Positions 12,601-25,885 of a stretch of DNA of 64,000 nucleotides are shown piece after piece; position 1 is the first letter of the stretch; the number at the start of each line of letters is the position of its first letter. The stretch is taken from positions 370,698,001 to 370,762,000 of the forward strand of contig NC_091471.1 of NCBI RefSeq assembly GCF_036971445.1, written 5' to 3'. The notes beneath the pieces are model-generated. The model was given only the letters and a program-made list of their open reading frames with translations. It made no database searches and was not told where the DNA came from. The stretch comes from Narcine bancroftii. Taxonomy: Eukaryota. The translations under genes were made by a program, and so were the position numbers.

Positions 12601-15600
12601 TAAAAGGTAACAAATGTGGCTATATTCTTCAGAAAGTAGAAAAGCAGATGTCGAATGATTAAAACTTTTTGAAATAAAGAATGTCAAATGAAAGAGAAGC
12701 ATTTTATGGTTAAGAAAGTCACATTGTGATCAATTAATTTCTTGAATTGTTTTAGGAGGTTTGAGCTTGTTCAGCTACAAATATTAATCAACCAGATTTT
12801 TCATAGTCACTTGACATAACTGGCTAATTTTCAGGATGTGTGGCCATGATAAACTTAGCACCAAGTCAAAGTGAATATATTTCTGGTTTATAAATATTGT
12901 TAGGAGATAACAATGTGGAAAACTGTCATTAGTGGAATCCTTGAGAACCCCATTCTGAGCTGATTGGAATTAGAATTGAATGTCATCTTAAATCTAAGTC
13001 AAAATCTAAGTTTGTGAATGACATCTAGCAGGAACAATTGCCAAAGTCTTTAACCAGCTTGCAATAAACGAGGTCTGAACAGGTTATGTTGATGAGTATC
13101 AAGTTCCAAGTAGAACATAAAAGGTGAAACAAACACTTGTAGGAAAAGAGAGTTGGAATTTGGTTTGAGAGCCAAGTCAAACACAAGGAAAGATTTTGGG
13201 GTGAGGAACTGCAATCTCTGTGGGGCAAGAGGATGAGGAGAAACATAGATCTGAAAAATTTAGATCCACAGATTTCTCCTAACAATCCACAAGATTCATG
13301 ATTGCAAGAAACAATTTAAGATGAAAGTACCAGAAGAAATGAGTAGAATTTTTGAACATATCTCCAGCAGGAGCGGCAAAATTAAAAATCATCTTTGTTT
13401 TAAGAAGTCAGAATCCTAAATTTACTTTCAAATAAATTCAGCTTACACGTTCTGACATCACAAATCAAATTGATGGGATTGTTCTAAGAGAATCCATGAA
13501 ATAGTGCAACGAAACACACCACCAGATAATTAATGGATTTCTTGTGCTGAAGTAGGCTTTGGGATTAATAATGGTTACATAGTCCAGCTGACCGGTGAGA
13601 AGATGCAGCATTTAACACCTCATCCAAAAATACAATACTTTCTGTCAATCCACTACCAGAGACTCAATATGGAGCATGTGCTCAAGCCAATGTGAACTGG
13701 GTCTTTGAATTTAGAATCTTTTCACTTCGTGCCATGCTTCCTCGGTCTAAAGTATTAGTACAATACCATGCTGTATCATTTTTTATAGATCGCCAAAGAG
13801 AATTCAGACTAATGGAAGGCAAGAAAAGAAAATGGAGTGTTGGTATCATGCTTGGAATAAACTACAGTCTCTCAAGAATTAAAGTTATTTTTAATTGACC
13901 AGTGATGCTTTGTTTATTTAATGTCACATTAAATGACAGTGATTCTGCCTGGATAAAGAGTGTAATAATACAGGACATCAGCATTTTCATATCTGCAATA
14001 TCTCATGGAATCTTTATGATGTCATGGAAGAATGTTGATATAAATTGAACATCCCATTCATGATGCAAAAACGAAAGCTTAATTTTTTTTGACAGAAAAA
14101 TTGTCCACTAACATTTTGGTAACCAATTCCCCTGGGATAAATAATTTGAAGTAATGGAATTCATATGTCTCTTTGACACCAGTGCCATAATAATCAAAGG
14201 GAACCAGCCCATGTCCATGCTTATCTATGGATAGTTATTTAATATGCAGAATTCTTTCAGCAGGATAATAGCAGGTAAAGAATTGATGCATAAAACATAC
14301 CTGATACAATAAGGAAAGTTCCTTTTCCAGTGACATCCAATAGTCGACCATTTTTTACTCCAGCAATGCAAAAGTAAGCTCCTGAGTCATTCACCTGGAG
14401 ATTGCTAAAGGTAATATTGATGGCTTTTCCATCTTCCTTTCCAATATCACACTCAAGACGATTCTTATATTGTTCGGCAATATGCTTGGTTTTTGCTGAG
14501 ACATAACACAGATCTACTTGAGATGAACTGTCTTTCTCAAATCTAGTACCTAGTAGGTTTCCTTGTGTAAATGTAATTTCACAGTTTATTGTAATGGATT
14601 CTCCTTTTATTGCTTGTTGGAAGCGTGGAGACTGGACAACAGAAACATCTGTAAAATACATGATTGAAGGTGTAGTCAGTACAGGCAGAAGGGGGCCAGT
14701 AAGCACGAAATAACATTTTGATTAATACAATTCATTATTTAAAAATGGATACTGAGAAGGTGAGAATCAACTCTCTGATCACTGGAGAAAACTGGTTCAA
14801 CAATTGAAGCTCTATTGGACCATGCTGGATAATGTNNNNNNNNNNNNNNNNNNNNNNNNNNNNNNNNNNNNNNNNNNNNNNNNNNNNNNNNNNNNNNNNN
14901 NNNNNNNNNNNNNNNNNNNNNNNNNNNNNNNNNNNNNNNNNNNNNNNNNNNNNNNNNNNNNNNNNNNNNNNNNNNNNNNNNNNNNNNNNNNNNNNNNNNN
15001 NNNNNNNNNNNNNNNNNNNNNNNNNNNNNNNNNNNNNNNNNNNNNNNNNNNNNNNNNNNNNNNNNNNNNNNNNNNNNNNNNNNNNNNNNNNNNNNNNATT
15101 ATCAGCATTATAAGGTATTAAAAAAGCTGTACTCTGTTTTCACATTCATGAAGGAAACGAGCAGTGATGATGTCAGGCTCCACTCTGCCTGTTTCTATTG
15201 TAAGATGCCGTTAAATAAGGTCTTTTATTTTCAAAAAAGTCATCATGGTCCGTGACAAATACAGGCTCATCAATATTCTGACGTGGCTTGGTACGAGGAT
15301 AAGGGAACCTCAGCAGCCCGTAGTAATGCAGGAACCTATGACAATTAGAAGAAATAAAGCTCAAGGTAGAAGCCAAGTGAAGCCTGAGGAACAGGGCTAG
15401 AATGTAAAAGATTTAATGATCAGTTTATTGTCAAACACACAAGTACAATGTGCATCTACTTGCTGCAGGTATTCAGGTATTTTGGGAAAATCTCCAACAG
15501 AATACATTAAATTAGCACAGTATGGAAACAGATAGTGATGAGGTAAAAGATAGATAATAAATCTTGACAGATACAGTTGGTGCAAAAACTAAAGTGGAAT

Positions 15601-17697
15601 TTCAGTCGTGCAGACAGGTCTTTTTGTGGTACCAGAGTAATTCATGATTAAGGTACTAAGAGGAAGTTCAAGAGCCTGATAGATGATGGAATGAGAGCGT
15701 TCTTGAACCTAGAGGTGCTGGACTTCTCGTAGTGATAAGAGGTTTTCAGCTCCGTCAATGCAACATGAAACCCTTTCTTCAAACACCTAGATCACTAACC
15801 CATATGCTGCACAATACCATGTTGCTTAGCTTGTAGCCATCCCCCTTGGTCAGGAACATGACCAAACATTTGTGTGCCTTACTTTGCCATATTTCAACAC
15901 TAATCTCACACCTCACATTTCCATTCATACCAAACTGTACAATCATGTACATTTCAAATAAGTTCAGAACACATTTTCCTCAATGGCAACTTGTATACAT
16001 TGATGTTTTTTAGACTCAAATAGGTTTATAAATAAAGTTCTGAATTAATGACATTATAACGGATCAATACTGAAATATTCAGCTGGCCATTAACCTAGAA
16101 ACCTACGACATGATATCTGGCTGGAATGGAGGGAGAAAGATTTCAGATCACTTCATCACTTATATTTATTGTCTCTTTTTCATTCAATGAAGTTCTGTAT
16201 ATGATTGTAGATTTTTTTGGACAAAGTACCTGTTCGATTGTAGCAAGTAAAAATCTCGGTACATATGCACATTGTATAACATATATAACAATAATGAGTT
16301 TATCATCAAATACATGATACAATAAGCATATTTGCACTGAGATTTTTACTTGCGAGAACTTGAAAAAGAGATCTGAAATCTTTCTCTCTCCATTCCAGAC
16401 AGATACCGTGTAGTAGGTTTCTACTTAAAACAGATTAAGACACTAAGACTTAAAACATGCAAATCATACATTTTCAGAAAAGTTACATTTCTCCCCCTGA
16501 TCCCTGGATCAGGAATACCCAATTATTTGAATAGGATTCAAGTGGTCCTTCAACTCATTCGAGACGCAACATTTCTGGAACCACCAGGTTAGTTGGCCTC
16601 TAACTTATGGGTGGTAAGGATCAGAAAGTAGGACAGCCCAGAACTCATGGCAATGATTCTGTCCACGAGCCATGGAGTAAAGGACAGAGGAAAGCAGATG
16701 AAAATTTGTGTTGAGTGATGGGGAAAGGAGCCCAAATGATAGCCCTCTTGAGCCCAAAAGGAAAGCTCAACATTCACACTTGTCTAAACTTTCTTGTTTG
16801 AAGATCTTCTGGTCTCAGGTCTTGTCATGATCGGTTTGCTGTAATTGGTATAGTCTCTGGATAAAATACCAGGTAAGACTGGCAATGTTTCAAAAGATTG
16901 ATCTGCAGATTTAAATTGACCACATAACACAGATAAGCAAGGGGTAGGCAATTTAAAAATAACCTTGCTTATGTTTCTTTCTGTTGATCTGATTACCTTT
17001 TCCATTATAAATCCATTGCATAAAATAGTGTGATTAGTAAAAACACACTGAAATGTTAGAGGAATTCAGCCAGTTTTACTACAATCACAGTGACTTCAGA
17101 CTTCCACCTTTCACTTCGTGCATCTAGTACCTTCCATTCAAAATGACATTATGAATTAAGCTGTGTAAGAAATCCACAGTTAAAATTTTTTTTTTTAACA
17201 ATTTCCTTCCGGCTGTGAAACAGTTGCAGTATGTTTTAAATAACGATTATAGTTCAAGATAAAACAAAGCAAGAACAGCTTGCATTTTTATAATTCCCCA
17301 CCACAAAAGTATGAAGAAATTAATCGCTGTCACAAAGCCCAGATCAACTAAAATTATTCTGAACTTTACTTAAGAGAAGAGTTTTAAGGAGAATCAGAGC
17401 AGAAGGAAACAGTGCAGTGATAATGTTTCTGAAAGGCAATCCAAAAGGTGGACTGAATGTGTCAGATCATTTTAGACAATTTACATTCCTCAGCAACTCT
17501 AAACCTAAAGAGGAGAAGGATATGAAAAATACACAATATTCTTGAGGACGAAGCACATGTTGTGATAAACATTTTTGGTGTACAAGTACGATTTAAAAGT
17601 TGAAAGATTTTGTAAGGAAACATTTCTTACCTGACTTTCCTTCAGTAGCTGTTACAAAGAACATCAGTGGAAGGCAAAGGAACATCGGTCCAGCCAT
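9516..17697 (-). CDS. CD7: T-cell antigen CD7-like type I membrane protein; 4 coding exons join(17631-17697,14301-14648,11333-11460,9516-9614), 213 aa
   Basis: Spliced by hand; all introns GT-AG with compatible phases (1,1,0); 642 nt including stop. Protein: MAGPMFLCLPLMFFVTATEGKS|DVSVVQSP...INC...LLGTRF...YKNRLEC...INITFSNLQVNDSGAYFC...DVTGKGTFLIVS|DPNSQ...ISCFKDPLLITMIILAVVGLLSTIVLLLWN|TRNHSQHKKSTLMQVPNLVYEDMNLVRTQSTA*. Shares recalled human CD7 hallmarks: MAGP start, QSP, no C-strand Trp, GxGT G-strand, VYEDM tail, 4 exons. Confidence 0.85.
10438..10955. repeat. G-rich minisatellite, ~26-30 bp unit (GGGATCCTGGAGTTCAGGTCCGTGGGGG), CD7-like intron 3
   Basis: Roughly 18 imperfect tandem copies; explains ORFs 10435..10999. 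Confidence 0.9.
11333..11460 (-). CDS. CD7: CD7-like exon: stalk plus transmembrane segment
   Basis: Acceptor ctttttccAG, donor AAT|GTAAGT; encodes DPNSQSNGEDNVKISCFKDPLLITMIILAVVGLLSTIVLLLWN; too short to appear in the ORF track. Confidence 0.88.
11504..12589. mobile_element. Solo LTR family A, in CD7-like intron 2, containing a (CA)n/(CACACG)n microsatellite at ~12196-12281
   Basis: TGT...ACA termini, near-TSD TGTT/TGCT, colinear with 2021-3032; one end lies 43 bp from the TM-exon acceptor. Confidence 0.75.
14301..14648 (-). CDS. CD7: CD7-like exon: IgV domain (116 codons)
   Basis: Acceptor ttttacAG, donor G|GTATGT, phase 1-1; B-strand Cys (INC), DSGAYFC, J-like GKGT; lies within ORF 14257..14706. 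Confidence 0.92.
14836..15097. other. Assembly gap (262 N) in the intron between the CD7-like leader and IgV exons
   Basis: Run of N. Confidence 1.
17631..17697 (-). CDS. CD7: CD7-like exon: signal peptide MAGPMFLCLPLMFFVTATEGKS
   Basis: ATG at 17697, hydrophobic core, phase-1 donor CAG|GTAAGA. A possible upstream acceptor (TTTATTTACACAG at 17800) suggests a further 5' UTR exon. Confidence 0.8.
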
Positions 17698-17938
17698 CTC
17701 TCTCTCTCTTGCAGTTTCCTTTTGTCAAAAGATTTTGAAACCACTGTGAAACATTGGTCCAAGTCCCATGATGCCTAATTCTGAACCCACATCAGAAACC
17801 TGTGTAAATAAAGGTCTGTCTTGTTGAGACTGATCCTGATTATACAACTTGATTAATTCTTATTCTGGGAATGCAGATACCTAAGGGCAGTGGGGACAGG
17901 ACTGACAATGACACCAAAGCTGAGAAACGTCCACCAGC

Positions 17939-20900
17939 TGCTGGGTGTAAGCCCGCCCTCTGCTGGACATCTTGACACCCACATCTTGATGTCACCCTCC
18001 CATATATATAACCCTGTGTGTCAGAAGCCATGTTAGTCTAATAGAAGTAAAGGGTGAGAAAGCAGCACATCTCTGAGTCTTAATTGTGTGAGTGCCAACA
18101 CAACAGTGGTGATGGAGAATGAAACAAACCCACCACATACTCCATGCTCCAACTGTGCGAAGGAAAACAACAGAAGGTAGGAGACGACTACCTAACAACC
18201 CCAATAAATTTCCGCCAAAAGATCGAGGTGAAAGAGCGCCAAGATGGTGGAGGGAAAGTTTGGGGAATTCAACGAGGTAGAAGAAAGTTGGGATAACTAG
18301 CTAGAATGGTTTAACTACCACTGCATAGCCTACAATATCGTGGAAGGTCCAGTACACTGCAAATGTGCCCTCTTCCTCAGTATTATGGGCAGCAAAACAT
18401 TCAACCTCCTTAAGACTTTGCAGGCCCCAGAGGATCCAGGAACAAATCCAGGGATAAATCAGCCACTGCGAGATAGATAAGTGATGGGGCTGGCAAATCG
18501 ACAAGCAAAGCAAAAATTATTAGCAATGGATGAAGACGTTACATTACAAATTGCATACAGAGCTGCCTGCAGCTCTGAAATGGCAGATAAAGACTTGGAT
18601 GTGGGTCAAACAAACCAACTGCTCAGGAGGTCTTTCCCTCACCCCCCCCCCCAACCCCCTGGCCAACAATCCATCCATTGTGGGAAATATAACCACTGAC
18701 CAGAAAACTGCTTCTTCAGAAATTCTAAATGCAACCAGAAGGACATATCAAAGCTAAATATTCACTTCTAAAGTGCAGGTGGCCTGAAAATAAACAGGCA
18801 GCTAAAGTCAAAACAATTGCAGAAAGGGAGAGAGGCAACCTAGCAATGACGATGATGACAGCCCAACGGCTGGCCTTCACGCTCCTGAAATTTCAGCTCC
18901 TGAGATATTACACATCCGAGGAATGAACGAAGGAAACACAGCAATCTTTATACAGCTAAAAATGGACACCTCCTGAAGATGGAGTTAGACACGGGTAGAG
19001 GTGTCTGTAATGCTGTTACATGGAAAGGAATGCTTGCTGCCATGCCTCCCGGTAAAAAGAACAGAAATAACTCTAAAATCTGTTACAGGAGACAGAATCA
19101 AAGTGTTTGGAAGAAGTATGAACTAAGTACAATACAAGCATCAGCAACCAAAAACACTCACTCTCTACGTTGTAGATAGCCAGGGACCAACACTCTTCGA
19201 AAGAAACTGGCTACAACACATTCCCCTAGATTGGCTGGAAATCGGTTCAATACTAAATGTAAACCACACGGACACCTCCCAGCCAGAACTCAACCAAATC
19301 CTCAACAACCATGGAATGGTTTGCCAATATGAATTGGGGAAAATCAAAGATCTTCAAGCCAAACGGCAATTAAAAGATAATGCAGAATAAAATTCTTCAA
19401 AGCCAGAACAGTCCCATTTGCTATGAAAGGGAAAATTGAGGTTGAATTAAACAGTAAAACATGAAGGCCCATCGTACCTGTACAAAAAGCAAACGGTGAG
19501 ATTCTCATTTGCTGTGACTACAAAGTCACCATCAATCCATCACTTAAAATTCCCAAACACCCCATGCCCAAGGCAGAAGAATTGTTCCAACCACTAAACA
19601 GAGGGCAAAATTTACAAAACTAGATTTGTCACAAGCATATCAATAGATAGAATTGGACAAAAAACAAGGGAATATGAGACAATCAATCCCCATCTGGGAC
19701 GATTCACTATACACGGGCCTTACGGAATATCAGTAGTACCTGCGATTTTACAAGCAACAATTGATTCTCAGTTGGGTGTTACCTAGATGACATCATCATC
19801 ATGGGCCAAAACAATACTCAACACTTACAAAACCTTGAAAAGGTTTTAACCAGACCACAACAGGCTAATATACAATTTTGAAAGGACAAATGTGTCATCA
19901 TGTGCCTGTCAGTAACATATTTTGAGTTTACAATTGACAACGAGGGGGCACCAATTAATCCAGCAGGAACAGAAGCCGTTCACAAGGCCCCATACCCAAC
20001 CAGCAAATCGAAATTACAGTCCTTCCTAGGACTTGTTAATCACGACCGAAAAAATATCTTTAATGTCTTCACTATGCAGCCCGCTGAACCAATTACTGAA
20101 GAAAGATCAAACATGGTATTGGACACAGAAAACAAAAACACAGTCGATCAACTAAAGGCAATAGTAATGTCAATAAATAAGGTGCTGATCCATTATGATC
20201 CTAGTAAAGAAGTTACACCAGCCGTGATACTTCACCAGCGGGACTAGGAGCGGTACTATCCCAAATCACAGAAAAAGGTGAGCAACCAGTAGCGTATGCT
20301 TCGTGAACATTAACCACAAGCGAATGCAATTACGCCCAACTAGAAAAAGAAGGATTGGCAATAATTTTAGGTGTAAACAAATTCCACCAATTTCTTTAAA
20401 GAAAAATAATTCACTCTCATCACAGACAACAAGCCTCTTAGTTTAATCCTGGGGCCACACAAAGGTCGACCAGTATTAGCTGCGGCCTGAATTCAAAGAT
20501 GGGCCATGCTACTGGTGGAGTATAACTATGATCTAAAACATAAACCAGGAACACTCACTCAACGGCCATGCAGGTGCCTTATCACGCCTGCCATTACCTG
20601 AGACAGAACAACGAGAATAAATTATTAAATGGACAGTAGAGGCAGCACCCATTAACCAAGAACAACTTCAACAACTGCCCAGGACCTTGAGAGAAGTTAG
20701 AGAGGAAATAGCGGAGGCTCTGGCGGTGATTTTTCAAATGTCATTAGAGACGGGTATTGTGCCGGAGGATTGGCGTGTTGTGCACGTGGTTCCTTTGTTT
20801 AAAAAGGGTTTGAGGAGCAAGCCTAGCAATTTTCAGCCTGTAAGTTTGACGTCTGTAGTAGGTAAATTGATGGAAAGCATTCTTAGAGATAGTATATATA

Positions 20901-23776
20901 AGTATATGGAGGGACAAGGTCTGATCAGGGACACTCAACACGGATTTGTGCGTGGAAGGTCGTGTTTGACCAATCTTGTTGAATTTTTTGAAGAGGGGAC
21001 TAGGAATGTTCATGAGAGTAGAGCAGTGGATGTTGTCTTTATGGACTTCAGTAAGGCCTTCGATAAGGTTCCGCATGGGAAGTTAGTTAGGAAGGCTAAG
21101 TCCTTGGGTATTGATTTGGAGATAGTCAAATGGATTCAACAGTGGCTGGAAGGAAGGTGCCAGAGAGTAGTAGTAGATAATTGTTTGTCAGGATTGAGGC
21201 CGGTGACAAGTGGTGTACCTCAGGGTTCAGTATTGGGACCGTTGCTGTTTTTCATATATATTAATGATCTGGAGGATGGGGCGGTAAATTGGATTAGTAA
21301 ATATGCAGATGATACTAAAATAGGTGGGATTGTGGATGATGAAGAGGGTTTTCAAAGATTGCAGAGGGATTTAAACTGCTTAGAGGAGTGGGCAGAAAGA
21401 TGGCAGATGGAGCTTAATGCTGATAAGTGTGAGGTGCTTCATTTTGGAAAGAATAATCAAAGCAAGACATATGTGGTCAATGGGAGGCCGTTGAAGAATG
21501 CAGTGGAGCAGAAAGATCTAGGAATAACGGTGCATTGTTCCCTGAAGGTAGGAGCACTTGTGGATAGGGTGGTGAAGAAGGCCTTTAGTAGGCTTGTCTA
21601 TATAAATCAGTGCATAGAATCTAGGAGTTGGGAAGTAATGATGCAACTGTATAAAGTATTGGTGAGGCCAAATTTAGAGAACTGTGTGCAGTTCTGGTCA
21701 CCGATTTATAGGAAGGATATTAACAAGATAGAGAGAGTGCAAAGAAGATTTACAAAAATGTTGCCTGGGTTTCAGCATCTGGAATAGAAGGAAAGATTGA
21801 GCAAATTAGGTCTTTATTCCTTGGATTGTAGAAGACTGAGAGGAGATTTGATAGAGGTGTTTAAGATAATGAGAGGGATAGATAGAGTTGATGTGGAAAG
21901 GCTTTTCCCATTGACAGTAGAGGAGATGGGTACAAGAGGTCATGGGTTGAGAGTTGACGGGCAAAGGTTTAGGAGTAACATGAGGGGGAACCTCTTTACT
22001 CAAGAGAGTGGTTACTGTGTGGAATGGGCTTCCGGGAAAGGTGGTGGAGGCAGGGTCAATTTTGTCATTTAAGAAAGAGTTGAATAAGTATATGGATGAG
22101 AGGGGGATGGAGGGATATGGGCAGAGCGCTGGTAAATGGAATTAGAGGAGGGTACTTGGACCAGTGAGGACTAGAAGGGTCAAAATGGCCTGTTTCCATG
22201 CTGTAATTGTTATATGGTTATATGGTTATTACAGCCCAGATGATTGGAAAGGAAACCCAAAAAGAGGCAACATTAAACAAGATCCTAATCCTATACTTCA
22301 ACCTGAATGGATGGCCCGAATCTGAAGTCATTCTAGAAGATCTAAAACCTTACCACACACACCACCATGAACTATCAATTGAAAAAAGATGTTTACTTTC
22401 AGGTACCTGAACAATTATTCCAGCCAAATGTTATTAGTATTGCACCACAACCATCTGGGAATGGTACAAATGAAGGCACTGGGCCAGACGCATGTCTGGT
22501 GGCCCTTCATAGACAGAGACATTGAAACAACAGTAAGAGAATGCAAAGTACGTCAGTCAATGCAGCCAAAAATGCCGCAAGGCGAAGTTAACCCATGGAA
22601 ATGGCCATCCAAACCCTGGCATCGGATTCATGTCGACTTCGCTGGACCATTCATGGGTGAGACTTTCCGAATAGCTGTGGACCCACACTCCAAAGGGCCA
22701 GTATCTTTGCCAATAATGGATTGCCTCAATTTACATCAGAACATTTTTTTAAAAATAGTCTGTACCCTATCACCCAAGTGCTAATGGGGAAGCAGAACAT
22801 TTTGTACAAACATTCAAAAAAGCAATGAAAACCATGAAATTTCTAAATGCCTTCTGGCAGATTTCCTGTTGGGATACAGAAACACGCTGCATTCTACCAC
22901 AAAACACACGCCAGGAGTATTAATGTTTGGCTGCAACCTGCAGACCAGGCTGTTCACAGATCATCCAGATCTGGGTCTCTGACAGCAAAAAACAGCATCA
23001 CCAAAAACCTCACCGAGGGTTCTGGTACAAGATTATAGACAATATAAAGACCCATGGGTGTTAGGAGTAATCTTACTAACATTGAGCCCCTGCTCATACT
23101 CTGTTCGAGTGGGGGGACAGATTATGGAAGTGACACATTGAGCAATTACAAGCATTAACTGACACTAAGGTCCATGAATTGCCTCATGAATTGGAGGAGG
23201 TGGAACCGGACCTGCCATGGCCTGCCCCGACTACCCCAGCCATCAGGCCATGGGGTGGGGGAGGTGGGCAGAGACGGTTGCAGAGCTGAGCAATCCAGTG
23301 AGAAGTGCAGTTTACTGAGACACTCACCAGGAGGGCAGCATAGACGGGCAGTCACCGCCGACCTGAATAGTTACAGGTCCCGAGCAAAGACCGGCACAGC
23401 AACCCACACCGAGGCGGTCCAAAAGAGAAAGAAGACCACCCGAACGCTTTAAGGGCTATGTGCCCTGATTATTATTAAATACTTTCCCTTTTAGAATTAT
23501 AATTACTCATGAGATGTATTCTAATTCTCACTGGTAGTCCTGGGCCCAATGTAATCTCATTAGTTCGAAGGGACCCAGTCAGCATTTATTGACGGGGGGG
23601 GGGGGTGGAAATGTTGGGTGTCAGCCCACCCTCTGCTGGACATTATGATGCCCTCGTCATGATGTCACCCTCCCATATATAACCCTGTGTGTCAGTAGCC
23701 ATGTTAGTCTAATAGAAGTAAAGGGTGAGAAAGCATCAAGTCTCCAAGTCTTAATTGTGTGAGTGCATACACATCA
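17939..23776 (+). mobile_element. Full-length but decayed Gypsy (Mag-like) LTR retrotransposon with a nested CR1
   Basis: LTRs at 17939-18105 and 23612-23776 (TG...CA), PBS-like TGGTGA, poly-G PPT at ~23594-23611, decayed TSD CCAGC/CTAAC. Protease MELDTG, RT YLDD (~19779), RNase H, integrase H..H..C / WHRIHVDFAGPF in RT-RH-IN order. Confidence 0.85.
20681..22229 (+). mobile_element. CR1 LINE (5'-truncated) inserted into the Gypsy pol
   Basis: 366-aa RT ORF (DFSKAFDKV, GVPQGSVLGP, YADD) and (GGTTATAT)n tail; the flanks rejoin as Gypsy QQLP|ITAQMI. Confidence 0.9.
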
Positions 23777-24864
23777 CTAACTCTTATTTCTTCAAAATCA
23801 TGTGACTTACAAGATCTCTCACAAACTTGTGTATCAAATGAAGGGATTTGGCTGATGAAGACATGCACAGACCCTTCATTCCACAGCACAATAAACATTT
23901 GATTGAGATTTCAACCCAGAACCTGGTTGATATCGATATCAATCCTCAACAAATCCACTTCAAAGGTCTACACCTGCTGATAGAAATGCCGGGAGAATTG
24001 AATAAAATAGAAACAATAAGCAATTATTTCATAGTAAACAAAAATTTAAATTATATAATTATTTGAGTCACATAGATAAATACATAAATTCTAAATAGAG
24101 AATAAAGTGTATAAAATATAGTTTCTAAAATTGAATGAAGATCAACAAAATAATTTTACATCTGGTTAAAATAGTTAGAAAGAAAATGACTGTTGTTCAA
24201 GTTTGTGTGGGTCCCACAGGTTAAGAACCAGACCAAAGTTGAGGTACAAAGCACACGTTTATTTCGGGGATGCAAACGGGATCACAGGGTCAATATGCCT
24301 GGCAAACCTATACACACATAAATACACAATACACAAGGTGTAAATATACACTTCAAATAATGAGGGAGGAACCAACAGAGACTGGGGGAAATTACATGAA
24401 CATACACATTCAACAATCAGATCAAGGTGATACTACATGCTCCCATCCGTTGTCCAGTTTGGACACGGCTCTAGCTACCTCGCCTCGAGACTCACCCCAA
24501 CCCAGTGTGAAAGGTGATACTTACATGCCACGAGGAGTCCAAAGAGGCAGAACAAAGGGGTACATGGTTCTTTATAATTCTTCATGCAGCACTGGGGGTG
24601 GGGCAATGGTAAAGGTCAGTATGGGCCCCATTGGTTGCTGTGGCCAATGGCTCGAAGCCAAGTGCAGGGACTCAGCAGGGGTGAACTGAGGTGATTCACC
24701 TGGGCCAATTGCGTGAAGGTCAGATCTAAGTCCAGGCGGGCTGTGTGGACTGCAGCACCTGGTGATTTAGGTGGGCCAATTGCAAGGGTCACCTTGATGG
24801 CTTGGGATGAGTCTTTGACCTTGATTGGCAGGTAGTGTGTCCTCCGAACAGGAGCGCAGCAGTG

Positions 24865-25885
24865 CCAAGACACAAGAGAAACTTGTCCGTGAACTACTCT
24901 TTGCAGACGATGCCGCTTTAGTTGCCCATTCAGAGCCAGCTCTTCAGCGCTTGACGTCCTGCTTTGCGGAAACTGCCAAAATGTTTGGCCTGGAAGTCAG
25001 CCTGAAGAAAACTGAGGTCCTCCATCAGCCAGCTCCCCACCATGACTACCAGCCCCCCCACATCTCCATCGGGCACACAAAACTCAAAACGGTCAACCAG
25101 TTTAGCTATCTCGGCTGCACCATTTCATCAGATGCAAGGATCGACAACGAGATAGACAATGGACTCGCCAAGGCAAATAGCGCCTTTGGAAGACTACACA
25201 AAAGAGTCTGGAAAAACAACCAACTGAAAAACCTCACAAAGATAAGCGTATACAGAGCCGTTGTCATACCCACACTCCTGTTCAGCTCCGAATCATGGGT
25301 CCTCTACCGGCATCACCTACGGCTTCCACCAGTGTTGTCTCCGCTTCATCCTCAACATTCATTGGAGCGCTTTCATCCCTAACGTCGAAGTACTCGAGAT
25401 GGCAGAGGTCAACAGCATCGAGTCCACGCTGCTGAAGATCCAGCTGCGCTGGGTGGGTCACGTCTCCAGAATGGAGGACCAACGCCTTCCCAAGATCGTG
25501 TTATATGGCGAGCTCTCCACTGGCCAGCATGACAGAGGTGCACCAAAGAAAAGGTACAAGGACTGCCTAAAGAAATCTCTTGGTGCCTTCCCCATTGACC
25601 ACCGCCAGTGGGCTGATATTGCCTCAAACCGTGCATCTTGGCGCCTCACAGTTTGGCGGGCAGCAACCTCCTTTGAAGAAGACCGCAGAGCCCACCTCAC
25701 TGACAAAAGACAAAGGAGGAAAAACCCAACACCCAACCCCAACCAACCAATTTTCCCCTGCAACCGCTGCAACCGTGTCTGCCTGTCCCGCATCGGACTT
25801 GTCAGCCACAAACGAGCCTGCAGCTGACGTGGACATTACCCCTCCATAAATCTTCGTCCGCGAAGTCAAGCCAAAGAAGAAGAAG
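24865..25885 (+). mobile_element. RTE-clade LINE, 5'-truncated copy
   Basis: LLFADD, C-terminal CNRCNRVCLSRIGLVSHKRAC, (GAA)n tail; near-identical to 29087-31379. Confidence 0.92.

Noticed and set aside
14301-14648. Rearranging Ig/TCR V segment, or CD28/CTLA-4
   Set aside because: V and the J-like GKGT strand are in one germline exon with splice sites and no recombination signal; there is no C-strand Trp and no MYPPPY-type loop; the YEDM tail and overall layout fit CD7 better.
14804-15121. ORFs made of X residues
   Set aside because: Artefacts of the N gap.
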